From Alphaproteobacteria bacterium UBA1218 (GTDB lineage: Bacteria > Pseudomonadota > Alphaproteobacteria > Rs-D84), in the NCBI GenBank assembly GCA_002309215.1, contig DBXG01000023.1, positions 10,086 to 74,085 on the forward strand: a stretch of DNA of 64,000 nt. The letters are read 5' to 3'. This document shows, one piece after another, positions 1 through 10,175 of this stretch (position 1 is the first letter of the stretch; the number at the start of each line of letters is the position of its first letter). The notes beneath the pieces were generated by a model. The model saw only the letters and a list, made by a program, of their open reading frames with translations. It was not told where the DNA came from and searched no databases. The position numbers were made by a program, and so were the translations under genes.

Positions 1-45
1 TCAAATTCATTGCTTTCTCCTTTCCTTTCTTAAGATAGCAATATT

Positions 46-909
46 TTAATAGTCTGTTTCCCTTAAATTAAAGTGATACAGAATAACATTAGATATATAA
101 ATACTGGTCAATGTTCCCATGACAATTGAAAAAGTCATCGCTATTGCAAATTCACGCAACATCTGACCACCAAATATATAAATACCAACCATAGCCAATA
201 TAGTAGACACACTGGTCATAATTGTCCTGTATAGCATTTCATTCACAGATAAATCAATCAAATCTGACATCGGCATTTTATGATATTTTTTAATATTTTC
301 ATCTATACGGTCATAATTAACCACTTTATCGTTTATAGAATATCCGACCCCCATCAAAATTACAGCAATAGCGGTTTGATTGAATTCCAAGCCAGCGATA
401 GAGAAAAAACCAAACATCAAAATCAAATCCAATACTAATGACACAAAGGATCCGACTGCATAACCACCGCGATACTGAATCCAAATGTACACAGCCATTA
501 AAATGAACGATACTAATATAGCAAATACACCACCACGTATCAATTCACCACCAATCTTTGGTCCAACAACTTGAACCTGGGAATATTCTACCCGATCGCC
601 CAATATGTTTTTAATTTCTGCAACTCTGACATTTTGCTGTTCATCAGTTGAACCTTTTGGCAACCCAACACGTAACAAAATGGAATTACCATCTACAGAT
701 TGTAATTCAGGCTTAAACGCTTCCAAATCATGACGCATTTTATCAATGGTGTAATCAGCGGTTGTCGGGGTTATTTCCATTGATATGCCACCAGAAAAGT
801 CTATTCCGTAATTGAATCCTTTTATCGCAATAGACAAAATAGACAACAAAATACAAATACCAGAAATCCAGTAAGACAATTTACGATATTTCATAAAATG
901 CAATTTCAT
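46..909 (-). CDS. secF: protein-export membrane protein SecF
   Basis: 287 aa with multiple TM segments and a SecF-type GIDFSGG motif. It lies directly downstream of secD in the same orientation. Confidence 0.85.
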   Translation of the reverse strand: MKLHFMKYRKLSYWISGICILLSILSIAIKGFNYGIDFSGGISMEITPTTADYTIDKMRHDLEAFKPELQSVDGNSILLRVGLPKGSTDEQQNVRVAEIKNILGDRVEYSQVQVVGPKIGGELIRGGVFAILVSFILMAVYIWIQYRGGYAVGSFVSLVLDLILMFGFFSIAGLEFNQTAIAVILMGVGYSINDKVVNYDRIDENIKKYHKMPMSDLIDLSVNEMLYRTIMTSVSTILAMVGIYIFGGQMLREFAIAMTFSIVMGTLTSIYISNVILYHFNLRETDY

Positions 910-929
910 AACTAACTCCTTCGCATTTT

Positions 930-2489
930 TTATTTATTTCTTATATAACCAATTTTTTTGCTTTTACCGTTCATGTAATAATCAACAAATACTTTTGACA
1001 ATAACAAACAGGTAAACAATGTTGTTGCAACACCGATTGATAATGTCACAGCGAATCCACGAATCGGACCTGCACCAAATTGGAACAATATCAACGCACA
1101 AATTAAATTGGTCAATTCGCCATCCAAAACTGTTTTCGTAGAACGTGTAAAACCATATTCTACTGCACGCAAAGTTGGCGCACCACTGCGCACTTCATCC
1201 CTGATTCTTTCAAACGGCAAAATATTTGCGTCAACCGCCATACCCAATGTCAAAACGATACCAGCAATACCAGGCAAAGTTAAAGTTGCACCAAACAAGG
1301 CAGAAATACCAATAATCATCAGCAGATTAACAATCAAAACCACATCTGCGATAAACCCAAAGAATCCATACAGCATTAACATAAATACCAATACAAATAT
1401 AACGCCAACCACAGAACCTATTTTACCTGTTGCAATTGTATCCGCACCCAAACCAGCACCAACAGTCCGTTCTTCTATCACAGACAATGGTGCAGGCAAC
1501 GCACCAGAGCGCAACAATACAGCCAAATCTTTTGCACCTTGCAAAGTAAATCCACCAGAAATTTGTCCACGACCACCAGGGATAGGTTCACGAATTGTCG
1601 GCGCAGACAAAACCTTGTCATCCAAAACAATCGCGAAACGTTCATTAACATGTTCTGTCGTCAATTTTGCAAAGCGACGTGTCCCAGATGCATCAAATTC
1701 AGTTGTCACCACGGGCATATTATTTTGATCAAAAGATGCTTCTGAATTTTTCAGACTATCCCCAGAAACCTCTATACGGGAATAAACTGCGATTTTTGCT
1801 TCTGGATTATTAATATCCGACAAAAACATCGTTCCAGATGGTGCGTGGTTAGATGCCAATTGTTCAGACGTAATATTTTCATTTACCAAATGGAAAGACA
1901 TCTTTGCCGTCCGCCCAATAAGGTTCTTTATATGCTCTGGATTATCGACACCCGGTAATTGAACTAATATATACTTTCCACCTTGGGATTGAATCGATGG
2001 TTCTTTTGTTCCCAAGGCATCAATACGACGACGAACAATTTCTATGCTACGTGACATAGCATCACTTACCATTTCTTCGCGCGCTTTTGCAGTATAAGAT
2101 ATTTTCAGATTTTTCCCACTGGATGAAATATCAACATTATTTCCCAACACGCGTTTCAGGCGTCCTTTGGCTTTCGAAACCATATCATCTTCACGAATAA
2201 CCAAACTGACACCATTACCAGTATTGCGCAAATCAGCAAAACGAATAACGCCTTTATCGCGATCTATTAACGCAGAACGTACCTCATCATACAGTTGTGC
2301 AGACTTTTCCTTTAACATAACATCAGTATCAACTTCTAATAAAAGTTGCGCCCCACCCTTTAAGTCCAAGCCCAAAGGAATCGGTCTTATCCAAGATGGG
2401 AAATATGGTGCCAACGATGGAACTAAAGTCGGAACCGACAACAACATCCCAAACAAAGCAACAAAAATTATAGCCAGTTTTCTAAACAT
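930..2489 (-). CDS. secD: protein-export membrane protein SecD
   Basis: 519 aa. N-terminal TM segment, LGLDLKGGAQLLLEV motif, large periplasmic domain and a C-terminal 6-TM bundle typical of SecD. Confidence 0.85.
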   Translation of the reverse strand: MFRKLAIIFVALFGMLLSVPTLVPSLAPYFPSWIRPIPLGLDLKGGAQLLLEVDTDVMLKEKSAQLYDEVRSALIDRDKGVIRFADLRNTGNGVSLVIREDDMVSKAKGRLKRVLGNNVDISSSGKNLKISYTAKAREEMVSDAMSRSIEIVRRRIDALGTKEPSIQSQGGKYILVQLPGVDNPEHIKNLIGRTAKMSFHLVNENITSEQLASNHAPSGTMFLSDINNPEAKIAVYSRIEVSGDSLKNSEASFDQNNMPVVTTEFDASGTRRFAKLTTEHVNERFAIVLDDKVLSAPTIREPIPGGRGQISGGFTLQGAKDLAVLLRSGALPAPLSVIEERTVGAGLGADTIATGKIGSVVGVIFVLVFMLMLYGFFGFIADVVLIVNLLMIIGISALFGATLTLPGIAGIVLTLGMAVDANILPFERIRDEVRSGAPTLRAVEYGFTRSTKTVLDGELTNLICALILFQFGAGPIRGFAVTLSIGVATTLFTCLLLSKVFVDYYMNGKSKKIGYIRNK

Positions 2490-2507
2490 TCCAGAACCTC
2501 TATTAAA

Positions 2508-2822
2508 TTACTCTATACCCGCAACAGCATTTTTACTGACTTCAATAACAACACCTTTTGCGATTTCCATTTCAATTGTTTTTTCGTTTACTTTCTTGAC
2601 AGTTCCATAAATACCTGCCGCCAATATACGATTGCCAACTTTGATACTGTCTATCATTTTTTGATATTCAGCCATACGTTTTTTATTCGGCCGTATCATA
2701 AACAAATACAAAATACCGATGATAACCGCACAATAAACAACCATTCCCCAAACACTACCTTGCTGGGCATTCAATGGCATATTTTGACCAACTTGATTTG
2801 CAACTTCTGCTGTCTGATTCAT
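2508..2822 (-). CDS. yajC: preprotein translocase subunit YajC
   Basis: 104 aa with a single TM segment and a YajC-like GIYGTVKKV core. Found in the conserved yajC-secD-secF arrangement. Confidence 0.8.
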   Translation of the reverse strand: MNQTAEVANQVGQNMPLNAQQGSVWGMVVYCAVIIGILYLFMIRPNKKRMAEYQKMIDSIKVGNRILAAGIYGTVKKVNEKTIEMEIAKGVVIEVSKNAVAGIE

Positions 2823-2889
2823 GAATAATCTCCTTTTTTATAGAATAACAGTAGTAAAAAAACACATGTATGTAAAGAAAAAAACCGCA

Positions 2890-4632
2890 CTAGATACGCT
2901 CAAACATAGTATCCAGTTCTGCCATTGATATTACTTTATAAACAGGCCGACCATGATTACATTCTGTTCCGCGTTCTGTTTGTTCTATGTCCCGTAAAAG
3001 CGCATTCATTTGTTCATAATTTAATTTTTGCCCCGCACGAACAGAATGATGACACGCATAATTAGCCAATTTCAAATGTATTTTTTCATTTAATTTGGAC
3101 GAATGTCCGTACGCACGCACTTCATCTGCAATTTCATGCATGCATTGTTCCCAATTCAAATCCCAATCAGACGGTTTCTCAAAAACAGCAACAGCACTAT
3201 CCCCAAAAGCATCAACTTGCAAACCACAACCTTTCAATTCATCTGCTATACTCAACACTGCCATAACATCTTCTTCACGCAAACGAATAACTATCGGTGT
3301 CAACAACGGTTGCGTCTTGATTTTATGTAAACGCAATTTTTCGTACGTAATTCTTTCATGCGCAGCATGTTGATCAACAACAATTAAACCATCTTTATTT
3401 TCCGCTAAAATATATTTATTATTTATTTGACCAATTACACGTCCCAACGGCAAATCAAATTCAGAGTCAGATTGCATCGTATCGCAACATGTATCACGTT
3501 GTTCATTTTGTTGTATACAGCTGTTTCTGCTGTATACAGGTTCAGATACAAATGTTTTTACATAATCTTTTTGTTCAATATGTGTGTTATTGAAAAATGT
3601 CTGCACCGGTGGTAATTCAAATGCTATACTGGGTTGTTTATTTGAAACAGATGAATGTTGCTGCAATGTTTTTGATAACGCTTCACGCAAAGTTTTAATT
3701 ATAAATGCACGCACATGTGTTGGTTCTAAAAAATGCACTTCTGTTTTGGCAGGCGACACATTTACATCGACATGATTTGATGGCAAATCCAGATACAATG
3801 CACATAATGGAAATTCGCGCGCATGCATAACATCCATATAGGCTGCCCGTAACGCAGATACCAGTACTTTGTCTTTAACAGGTCTACCATTTACAAATAA
3901 GTATTGATCCACAGATGAAGCACGACGTAATGTCGGATGCGAAATAAAACCGTATAAATGCATATCGGCCGAGGAAGACTGTGCATCAACGTTTAACATT
4001 TTGTCCCGAACATCTTCCCCCATAATTGCAATTATACGTTCAATCAAATCTTGTTTCTTTGGGAAAAACCATTTGTTATTCAAAACAAAGCCCACATCTC
4101 TGCGTCCCATAGCCAACCGTTTAACGATTTCTAGCACACCCAACATTTCTGCTTTGTCTGTATGCAAAAACTTCAACCTTGCAGGTGTTTTTGCAAACAA
4201 GTTCGACACACGAATTCTGGTACCACTTTCCCAATCAGATGGTTTGATTTCTGCTGTATTGGCATCCATACACCAACCATTTTTATCTTTACCATTACAT
4301 GTATCTATAAGCATATCTGATACTGATGCAATTGATGGCAAAGCCTCACCACGAAAACCCATAAAATTGATATTTAATAAATCATCACTTGGCAATTTAG
4401 AAGTAGCATGTCGCATAATACAATTTGCTAAATCTTCCTTGGACATACCGGAACCATTATCGATAACAGAAATCAAAGTCCGTCCACCATCAACAACATC
4501 AATAATAATTTGGTCCGCCCCTGCATCCAATGCATTTTCGACCAATTCTTTGACAACACTGGCTGGTCTTTCAACCACCTCACCTGCTGCGATTTGATTT
4601 ATCAGAAAATCCGGCAGAACGCGTATTGACAT
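2890..4632 (-). CDS. mutL: DNA mismatch repair protein MutL
   Basis: 580 aa. N-terminal GHKL ATPase motifs (AAGEVVERPASVVKELVENALDAGA) and a C-terminal dimerisation region. Confidence 0.9.
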   Translation of the reverse strand: MSIRVLPDFLINQIAAGEVVERPASVVKELVENALDAGADQIIIDVVDGGRTLISVIDNGSGMSKEDLANCIMRHATSKLPSDDLLNINFMGFRGEALPSIASVSDMLIDTCNGKDKNGWCMDANTAEIKPSDWESGTRIRVSNLFAKTPARLKFLHTDKAEMLGVLEIVKRLAMGRRDVGFVLNNKWFFPKKQDLIERIIAIMGEDVRDKMLNVDAQSSSADMHLYGFISHPTLRRASSVDQYLFVNGRPVKDKVLVSALRAAYMDVMHAREFPLCALYLDLPSNHVDVNVSPAKTEVHFLEPTHVRAFIIKTLREALSKTLQQHSSVSNKQPSIAFELPPVQTFFNNTHIEQKDYVKTFVSEPVYSRNSCIQQNEQRDTCCDTMQSDSEFDLPLGRVIGQINNKYILAENKDGLIVVDQHAAHERITYEKLRLHKIKTQPLLTPIVIRLREEDVMAVLSIADELKGCGLQVDAFGDSAVAVFEKPSDWDLNWEQCMHEIADEVRAYGHSSKLNEKIHLKLANYACHHSVRAGQKLNYEQMNALLRDIEQTERGTECNHGRPVYKVISMAELDTMFERI

Positions 4633-4633
4633 A

Positions 4634-5104
4634 TCAGTCCTTGAACTTTATATCGATAATTTCAAATTCTTTTTCACCACTTGGTAATTTAACCATACAT
4701 GTATCGCCAACACAATGTCCAATCAAAGCACGCCCAACAGGTGATGTACACGATATAACTTTGCGACCATCAGATTCAATATCAGATAAAATGCGACACT
4801 CCATTTTATTTCCGTCTTCATCTTCGGTTAAAACTTTGGCACCAAAAATTACACGATCACCAGACAAGGTGTCCAAATCAATGACTTGGGCATTTTCAAT
4901 AACAGATTCCAAAAACTGAATCCTTTTATCGATATTACGCTGTTTTTCACGCGCAGCACTGTAATCGGCATTTTCGGACAAGTCCCCCAAAGAGCGCGCC
5001 CATTCAATAACCTTCAGTATTTCTGGTCGCTGGTTTTCCCGTAAATCTTTCAATTCTTTAATTAAATTGTCAAAACCTTGACGTGATATTGGTCTTTTTT
5101 CCAT
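4634..5104 (-). CDS. greA: transcription elongation factor GreA
   Basis: 156 aa with an N-terminal coiled-coil and a C-terminal FKBP-like domain. The start sits 1 nt after the mutL stop. Confidence 0.85.
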   Translation of the reverse strand: MEKRPISRQGFDNLIKELKDLRENQRPEILKVIEWARSLGDLSENADYSAAREKQRNIDKRIQFLESVIENAQVIDLDTLSGDRVIFGAKVLTEDEDGNKMECRILSDIESDGRKVISCTSPVGRALIGHCVGDTCMVKLPSGEKEFEIIDIKFKD

Positions 5105-5188
5105 ATTAAAATCCTTAAAGTTTATGATAACAATATACCATAAATTTTAATTTTGCAATTATCATTTCAAACTATTATACTGTACATT

Positions 5189-6253
5189 ATGTATATATTC
5201 AGACCGAAAGTTTTGACCAGATTCCTGATGCACCGCTTTTTCAGCAGTTTTTTTATCGTGATGCTGATTGTGTGCGGAATTATTTTTGCTGTCACGTTTG
5301 TGGAAAGATTATCTGCTAATCCCGATGCTATCTCTACCCTGTTTGATGCTTGGACCAGATTATTGGAATACATACCAATGTTTTTACCGCTGGCTGTATT
5401 TATGGGAACTTTACTTGTATCATATACATTAACAAAATCTTCTGAAATGATTATTATCTCTGGTGCAGGTTTGTCACCATATCAAATTGTGAAACCTTTT
5501 TTAATTAGCGCGGTACTAATTGGAATTGTCGCATCAACAATTGTAAACCCTTATTCTGTAAATCTGACCACACGAAATCTGACGAATCATCAGTTGAAAT
5601 TGATAGATGATGCAATCTGGTTACGCGAATCCTCAGACGACGGCTTTTTAACTTTACGCGCAACAAATATAAATATTCAGGACAACAACATTGTTTTTCA
5701 TGATGTGAGCATATTTAAACAGGATAAAACATTTAAATTAAAAGAAAGAATATCTGCCGACAAGGTGATATTATCACAATCTGGTCTGGATATAAATCCT
5801 GCAACTGTACTGAATTCGGATGGTGTCACAACAAAAACCAAAAGACATATCGATACAAAACTAACACCCCAAACAGTTTTGGACAGATATTTACAACCTG
5901 ATCAAATTTCTTTTTGGAAATTGCCCAGTTTTATACGAAAGATGGGGGCAATCGGCGTTACAACACGTGGTCATCTGGTTCAATTCTGGACATTACTGTT
6001 TTTGCCACTAACTATGATTGCAATGGTTATGTTGGGTATGGCTTTTGCACAGACTAAACAACGCAGAAATTACAGTTTTGGCCTTAAATTCAGTCTGGGT
6101 ATATTAACATGCTTTGCTTTGTATTTTATTGTAAATTTATTTAATGCTTTGGGAACCACCGGAACATTGCCACCGTTACTGGCAATTGTTGCACCACAAA
6201 TTATAATCATCGCAGGCGCTTGTATGTTTATAACCAGTTTTGATACAATCTAA
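5189..6253 (+). CDS. LptF/LptG-family lipopolysaccharide export permease (YjgP/YjgQ)
   Basis: About 355 aa, 6 TM helices and a central periplasmic beta-jellyroll region. The likely ATG is at 5189 (MYIFRPKVLTRFL...); the track ORF begins at a TTG at 5153. Confidence 0.55.
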   Translation: MYIFRPKVLTRFLMHRFFSSFFIVMLIVCGIIFAVTFVERLSANPDAISTLFDAWTRLLEYIPMFLPLAVFMGTLLVSYTLTKSSEMIIISGAGLSPYQIVKPFLISAVLIGIVASTIVNPYSVNLTTRNLTNHQLKLIDDAIWLRESSDDGFLTLRATNINIQDNNIVFHDVSIFKQDKTFKLKERISADKVILSQSGLDINPATVLNSDGVTTKTKRHIDTKLTPQTVLDRYLQPDQISFWKLPSFIRKMGAIGVTTRGHLVQFWTLLFLPLTMIAMVMLGMAFAQTKQRRNYSFGLKFSLGILTCFALYFIVNLFNALGTTGTLPPLLAIVAPQIIIIAGACMFITSFDTI

Positions 6254-6263
6254 GGGGACACAC

Positions 6264-6395
6264 ATGTCTTTTTACAAGAAAAAAAATAATCACAGAAAGT
6301 ACATAATTTTAGCGATATTGATTGTGCTATTGATTTTGATGATTGTATCATTCGCGCCAAAAACAGACATGATGGAAACGGTATTATTCCCATGA
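6264..6395 (+). CDS. 43-aa single-pass membrane micro-protein (MSFYKKKNNHRKYIILAILIVLLILMIVSF...)
   Basis: ATG-initiated ORF missing from the track because it is under 60 aa. It has a clean TM helix, and its stop overlaps the xerD ATG (ATGA), suggesting translational coupling. Confidence 0.3.
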   Translation: MSFYKKKNNHRKYIILAILIVLLILMIVSFAPKTDMMETVLFP

Positions 6396-7255
6396 ATTAC
6401 ATAGATATTTTTCTTGAAGCTCTGTCCGCAGAAAAAGGTCGCAGTCAAAAAACATTGACCGCGTATCGTTCTGATTTAGATGATGCACAGAATAAAATTG
6501 GCGATTTACTAAATGCCACCGACCAAGACATACAAAAATATTTATCAAACCTGCAAGAAAAGCCATCATCTATTGCCCGCAAAGCCAGTGCACTGCGTAC
6601 GTTTTATAAGTTTTTAATGTTGGAAAAAATAATTAAAACCAATCCTACATCTAATTTGGAATTACCAAAACGCGGACGAACATTACCCAAATATTTATCA
6701 CCCGAAGAAATAGAATTGCTCATATCTTCTGCTGGTGACGTAAAAAACTCTGTCCGATTGCGTTGTATGATTGAATTACTTTATGCGTCTGGATTACGTG
6801 TATCTGAATTATGCGAATTACCAATGACTGCAAATCTGGGTGACAGATTATTAATTCATGGCAAAGGCGCCAAAGAAAGATTGGTACCAATGCACCAAAA
6901 CGCCCAGAACGTGCTGTATACATGGTTACAGTATCGTGGCAATATTGATTCCAAATACATATTTCCTTCTAATTCTAATACCGGTCATATTACGCGCGAC
7001 GGCTTTTTCAAGATATTGAAAAAATGCGCAATATTGGCAGGCATAGAACCAGAACGGGTCAGCCCACACGTCTTACGTCATTCTTTTGCGTCACATCTAT
7101 TGGCTGGCGGTGCAAATCTGCGCGTGATACAAACAATGTTGGGACACGAAGATATTTCTACAACGCAAATATATACCCATGTATTACCAGAACAATTACG
7201 CAAAACAGTTGAATCAGCGCACCCTTTGGCGCATAATGAAATCAAGGATATATAA
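6392..7255 (+). CDS. xerD: site-specific tyrosine recombinase XerD/XerC family
   Basis: 287 aa. Has the N-terminal core-binding domain and the C-terminal catalytic box HxLRHSFA...GHEDISTTQIYTHV with the Tyr nucleophile. Confidence 0.8.
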   Translation: MNYIDIFLEALSAEKGRSQKTLTAYRSDLDDAQNKIGDLLNATDQDIQKYLSNLQEKPSSIARKASALRTFYKFLMLEKIIKTNPTSNLELPKRGRTLPKYLSPEEIELLISSAGDVKNSVRLRCMIELLYASGLRVSELCELPMTANLGDRLLIHGKGAKERLVPMHQNAQNVLYTWLQYRGNIDSKYIFPSNSNTGHITRDGFFKILKKCAILAGIEPERVSPHVLRHSFASHLLAGGANLRVIQTMLGHEDISTTQIYTHVLPEQLRKTVESAHPLAHNEIKDI

Positions 7256-7258
7256 ATT

Positions 7259-7759
7259 ATGATAAAAAAATGTGAACATATCGGTTGCACCAAAGCAGGC
7301 ACTTGTCGTGCCCCTAAATCACGTGATTTGCGTGAATACTGGTGGTTTTGCAAAGAACATGCTGCTGAATATAATAAAAATTGGAATTATTACGCAAATA
7401 TGACCCCTGATGAAATCGATGCAGAATGGGAGCGCGAAACGTTTGGTGTTGCCGACAAAGATAAAGAAAAATCAAACGCAAACGAAGCAGATTATGTAAA
7501 ATTTCTGAACGATTTTCTTACCGGTCGTTCCAGTTTTGATAAAATGCCTGCAAAAAAGACAGTTCCAGCCCAGATTACATCTGCACTACAGGTTTTTGGA
7601 TTAAATATCAATGCATCTTGGCGTGAAGTTGGTATAAAATATCGTGCACTGGCAAAAAAATATCACCCTGATACAGCATCAAACAAAGAATCTGCGACCG
7701 CAGAATTTACCCGAATTACTGCTGCATACGAAACATTAAAAAAATATTTCAAGAAATAG
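7259..7759 (+). CDS. J-domain protein with a C-terminal HPD motif and an N-terminal Cys-rich region
   Basis: 166 aa. C-terminal KYRALAKKYHPDTA...AYETLKK is a J-domain; the N-terminus carries Cx3C...C...C. Confidence 0.65.
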   Translation: MIKKCEHIGCTKAGTCRAPKSRDLREYWWFCKEHAAEYNKNWNYYANMTPDEIDAEWERETFGVADKDKEKSNANEADYVKFLNDFLTGRSSFDKMPAKKTVPAQITSALQVFGLNINASWREVGIKYRALAKKYHPDTASNKESATAEFTRITAAYETLKKYFKK

Positions 7760-7837
7760 AGTTTTTCCCTATTTTATATTTGCAACAAACGCTTTTTGTG
7801 CTATGATTCAGGCAAATAAAACCATAGGAAAATAAAT

Positions 7838-8734
7838 ATGTATGACGTAATTATTCTGGGTTCTGGCCCCGCCGGATGGACAGCCGCAATATATTGTGGT
7901 CGCGCAAATAAAAAAACTTTGGTTTTAACTGGCCCGTCACTTGGCGGTCAAACTGGTGAAATTGCAAAACTGGAAAACTATCCTGGTTGGAACGGTTCTG
8001 GCATGGAATTGATTTTGTTTATGAAAAATCAGGCTGAATCTTTCGGTGCTAAAACAGAATCTGCATCTGCACAAAATATCAATTTTAATCCAGATGGCAC
8101 ATATACTGTTGTTTGCGACAATGGCAAAACATTTGATTCACGAACAGTTATATTGGCAACCGGCGCATCTGCCAGACGTCTTGACATAGATGGTGCACGC
8201 GAATTATTTGGACACGGTGTTTCATATTGTGCAACATGTGACGGGTTCTTTTATTCCGGCCGCGATGTTTTGGTTATTGGTGGCGGAAATACAGCATTAA
8301 ACGACGCTTTATATTTGGCAGATGTCGCGAAAAATGTAAAGATTATTTACCGCAAATCTGAATTCTTCCGGGCAGAGGCTGTGTTGCGCGACCGCGTGGC
8401 AGCCAAAGAAAACATCGAATGTATATATAACACAGAATTAAAATCTGTTGAACAGAAACCTGATTCAGATAAATTGATTGCAACAACTACGGGTGGCGAT
8501 AAAATCGAATGTGATGGAATATTTGTTGCTATTGGCCACGAAGCAAACACAGATTATTTAAGTGAAGACATTAAACGCGACGAAATCGGCCGTATAGCGC
8601 CCGAATCATTACCATCCGGCATGTTCGTTGCCGGGGATGTAGAAAGTAATATAAAAATGCAAGTTGCAACCGCTGTTGGTACTGGGTGCAGTGCCGCAAT
8701 GGACGCAATACAATACTTAAATTCCAAAGAATAA
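7838..8734 (+). CDS. trxB: thioredoxin-disulfide reductase
   Basis: 298 aa with GSGPAG FAD motif, CATC redox-active disulfide and GGGNTA NADPH motif. Confidence 0.9.
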   Translation: MYDVIILGSGPAGWTAAIYCGRANKKTLVLTGPSLGGQTGEIAKLENYPGWNGSGMELILFMKNQAESFGAKTESASAQNINFNPDGTYTVVCDNGKTFDSRTVILATGASARRLDIDGARELFGHGVSYCATCDGFFYSGRDVLVIGGGNTALNDALYLADVAKNVKIIYRKSEFFRAEAVLRDRVAAKENIECIYNTELKSVEQKPDSDKLIATTTGGDKIECDGIFVAIGHEANTDYLSEDIKRDEIGRIAPESLPSGMFVAGDVESNIKMQVATAVGTGCSAAMDAIQYLNSKE

Positions 8735-8755
8735 AATTATAACGGGGATAAAAAA

Positions 8756-10036
8756 ATGTTAGATATAAAATTTATTCGCGAAAATCCAGATGTTGTAAAA
8801 AACGCATGTCAGGTTAAAAGTTTTCCAGATGTGGTCGATGATATTTTGACTCTGGACAAACGCGTTCGTGAATTGAAAACAATTACACAAACAAAAACCG
8901 CTGAAAAAAACAAGATTTCTAAAGAAATCCCAACAGCAACGGATAAAGCATCTTTGATTGCAAAATCCAAAGCGATAAGCGAAGAAATCGCAAACGAAAT
9001 GGCTGAATTAGCAAGCAAAGAAAACATATTAAACGATTTACTTCATCGTGTTCCACAAATACCATCATCTGACGCACCAATTGGCCCCGATGAATCTGCA
9101 AACGTTGAAATCCGCCGTATAGGGACGCCACGCACATTTGATTTTACACCACGTCCACAATGGGATTTGTTGGATATGAACGGTTGGTGGATGCCAGAAA
9201 AAATCGGAAATATTTGTGGCACACGCACATATTGCCTGGTCGGCGAATTGGCAGAATTAGAAATGGCAGTACAAACCTATGTTATTCAGAAACTAATTTC
9301 TAAAGGTTTCACTTATATTGAATGTCCATCTGTCACAAAACCACAAACAATATTTAATGCAGGACATTTTATGGGTTCTGATTTATCAGTTATGAACGAC
9401 GATGTCTTTATGCTTGAAGGCACAGACCGCTGTTTAGCCGGTACATCTGAAATAATTATGAATGCTTTATACAGTGATGAAATATTAAACGAAAATGAAT
9501 TACCTATGAAATTTGTTGGTTTTTCACCATGTTTCCGCAAAGAAGCCGGCGCTGCCGGTCGTGACACGCGCGGTCTTTATCGTTTTCATCAATTTAATAA
9601 AGTCGAACAATATGTATTCTGCAAACCAGAAGACAGCGACAAAATGCATGAATTTTTGTTAAACAACCTGTGCGAAATTATGGAAGATTTGGAATTACCA
9701 TATCGTGTAATTGCAAATTCTACCGGCGACATGGGATTCAACAAAGTCAAAATGAATGATGTCGAAGCATGGTTTCCATCTGAAAATACTTATCGCGAAT
9801 TGGGTTCTTGTTCAACCATAGGTCAATTTCAGGCACGCAGAACAAATACCAGATATCGTAAAAACGCATCTGGTGAAGTTGATTTTGTTGCAACATTAAA
9901 CAATACTGGGATTGCAGTGCCACGTGCTTTGGTGCCAATAATGGAAAATCATCAAAATGCAGATGGCTCGGTCAACATACCGAAAAAACTGCAACCATTG
10001 ATGGGTGGCAGAACAAAAATTGGCGGTAAACACTAA
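8756..10036 (+). CDS. serS: seryl-tRNA synthetase
   Basis: 426 aa. N-terminal coiled-coil arm and class II motifs (FRKEAGAAGRDTRGLYRFHQF, GSCS). Confidence 0.9.
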   Translation: MLDIKFIRENPDVVKNACQVKSFPDVVDDILTLDKRVRELKTITQTKTAEKNKISKEIPTATDKASLIAKSKAISEEIANEMAELASKENILNDLLHRVPQIPSSDAPIGPDESANVEIRRIGTPRTFDFTPRPQWDLLDMNGWWMPEKIGNICGTRTYCLVGELAELEMAVQTYVIQKLISKGFTYIECPSVTKPQTIFNAGHFMGSDLSVMNDDVFMLEGTDRCLAGTSEIIMNALYSDEILNENELPMKFVGFSPCFRKEAGAAGRDTRGLYRFHQFNKVEQYVFCKPEDSDKMHEFLLNNLCEIMEDLELPYRVIANSTGDMGFNKVKMNDVEAWFPSENTYRELGSCSTIGQFQARRTNTRYRKNASGEVDFVATLNNTGIAVPRALVPIMENHQNADGSVNIPKKLQPLMGGRTKIGGKH

Positions 10037-10057
10037 GAAAACCGCTGTATACAAAAA

Positions 10058-10080
10058 AATGCCCAAACGGGCATTTTTTT
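10058..10080 (+). terminator. rho-independent terminator after serS
   Basis: Hairpin ATGCCC-AAAC-GGGCAT followed by T7. Confidence 0.7.
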
Positions 10081-10175
10081 ATGATATAATAAAAAAACGC
10101 AAAAAATGTTGAAAATACAAAATTTTAGTTTACCCTATAAGGTTGCTGAAAACATATAAACACAAAGGCATACAG

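Noticed and set aside
1108-1728. 206-aa antisense ORF inside secD, and many similar 60-200 aa ORFs opposite mutL, recA, uvrB, aspS, the acyl-CoA synthetases and so on.
   Set aside because: They are fully nested on the opposite strand of well-supported conserved genes, have low-complexity composition and no RBS. They are typical shadow ORFs.
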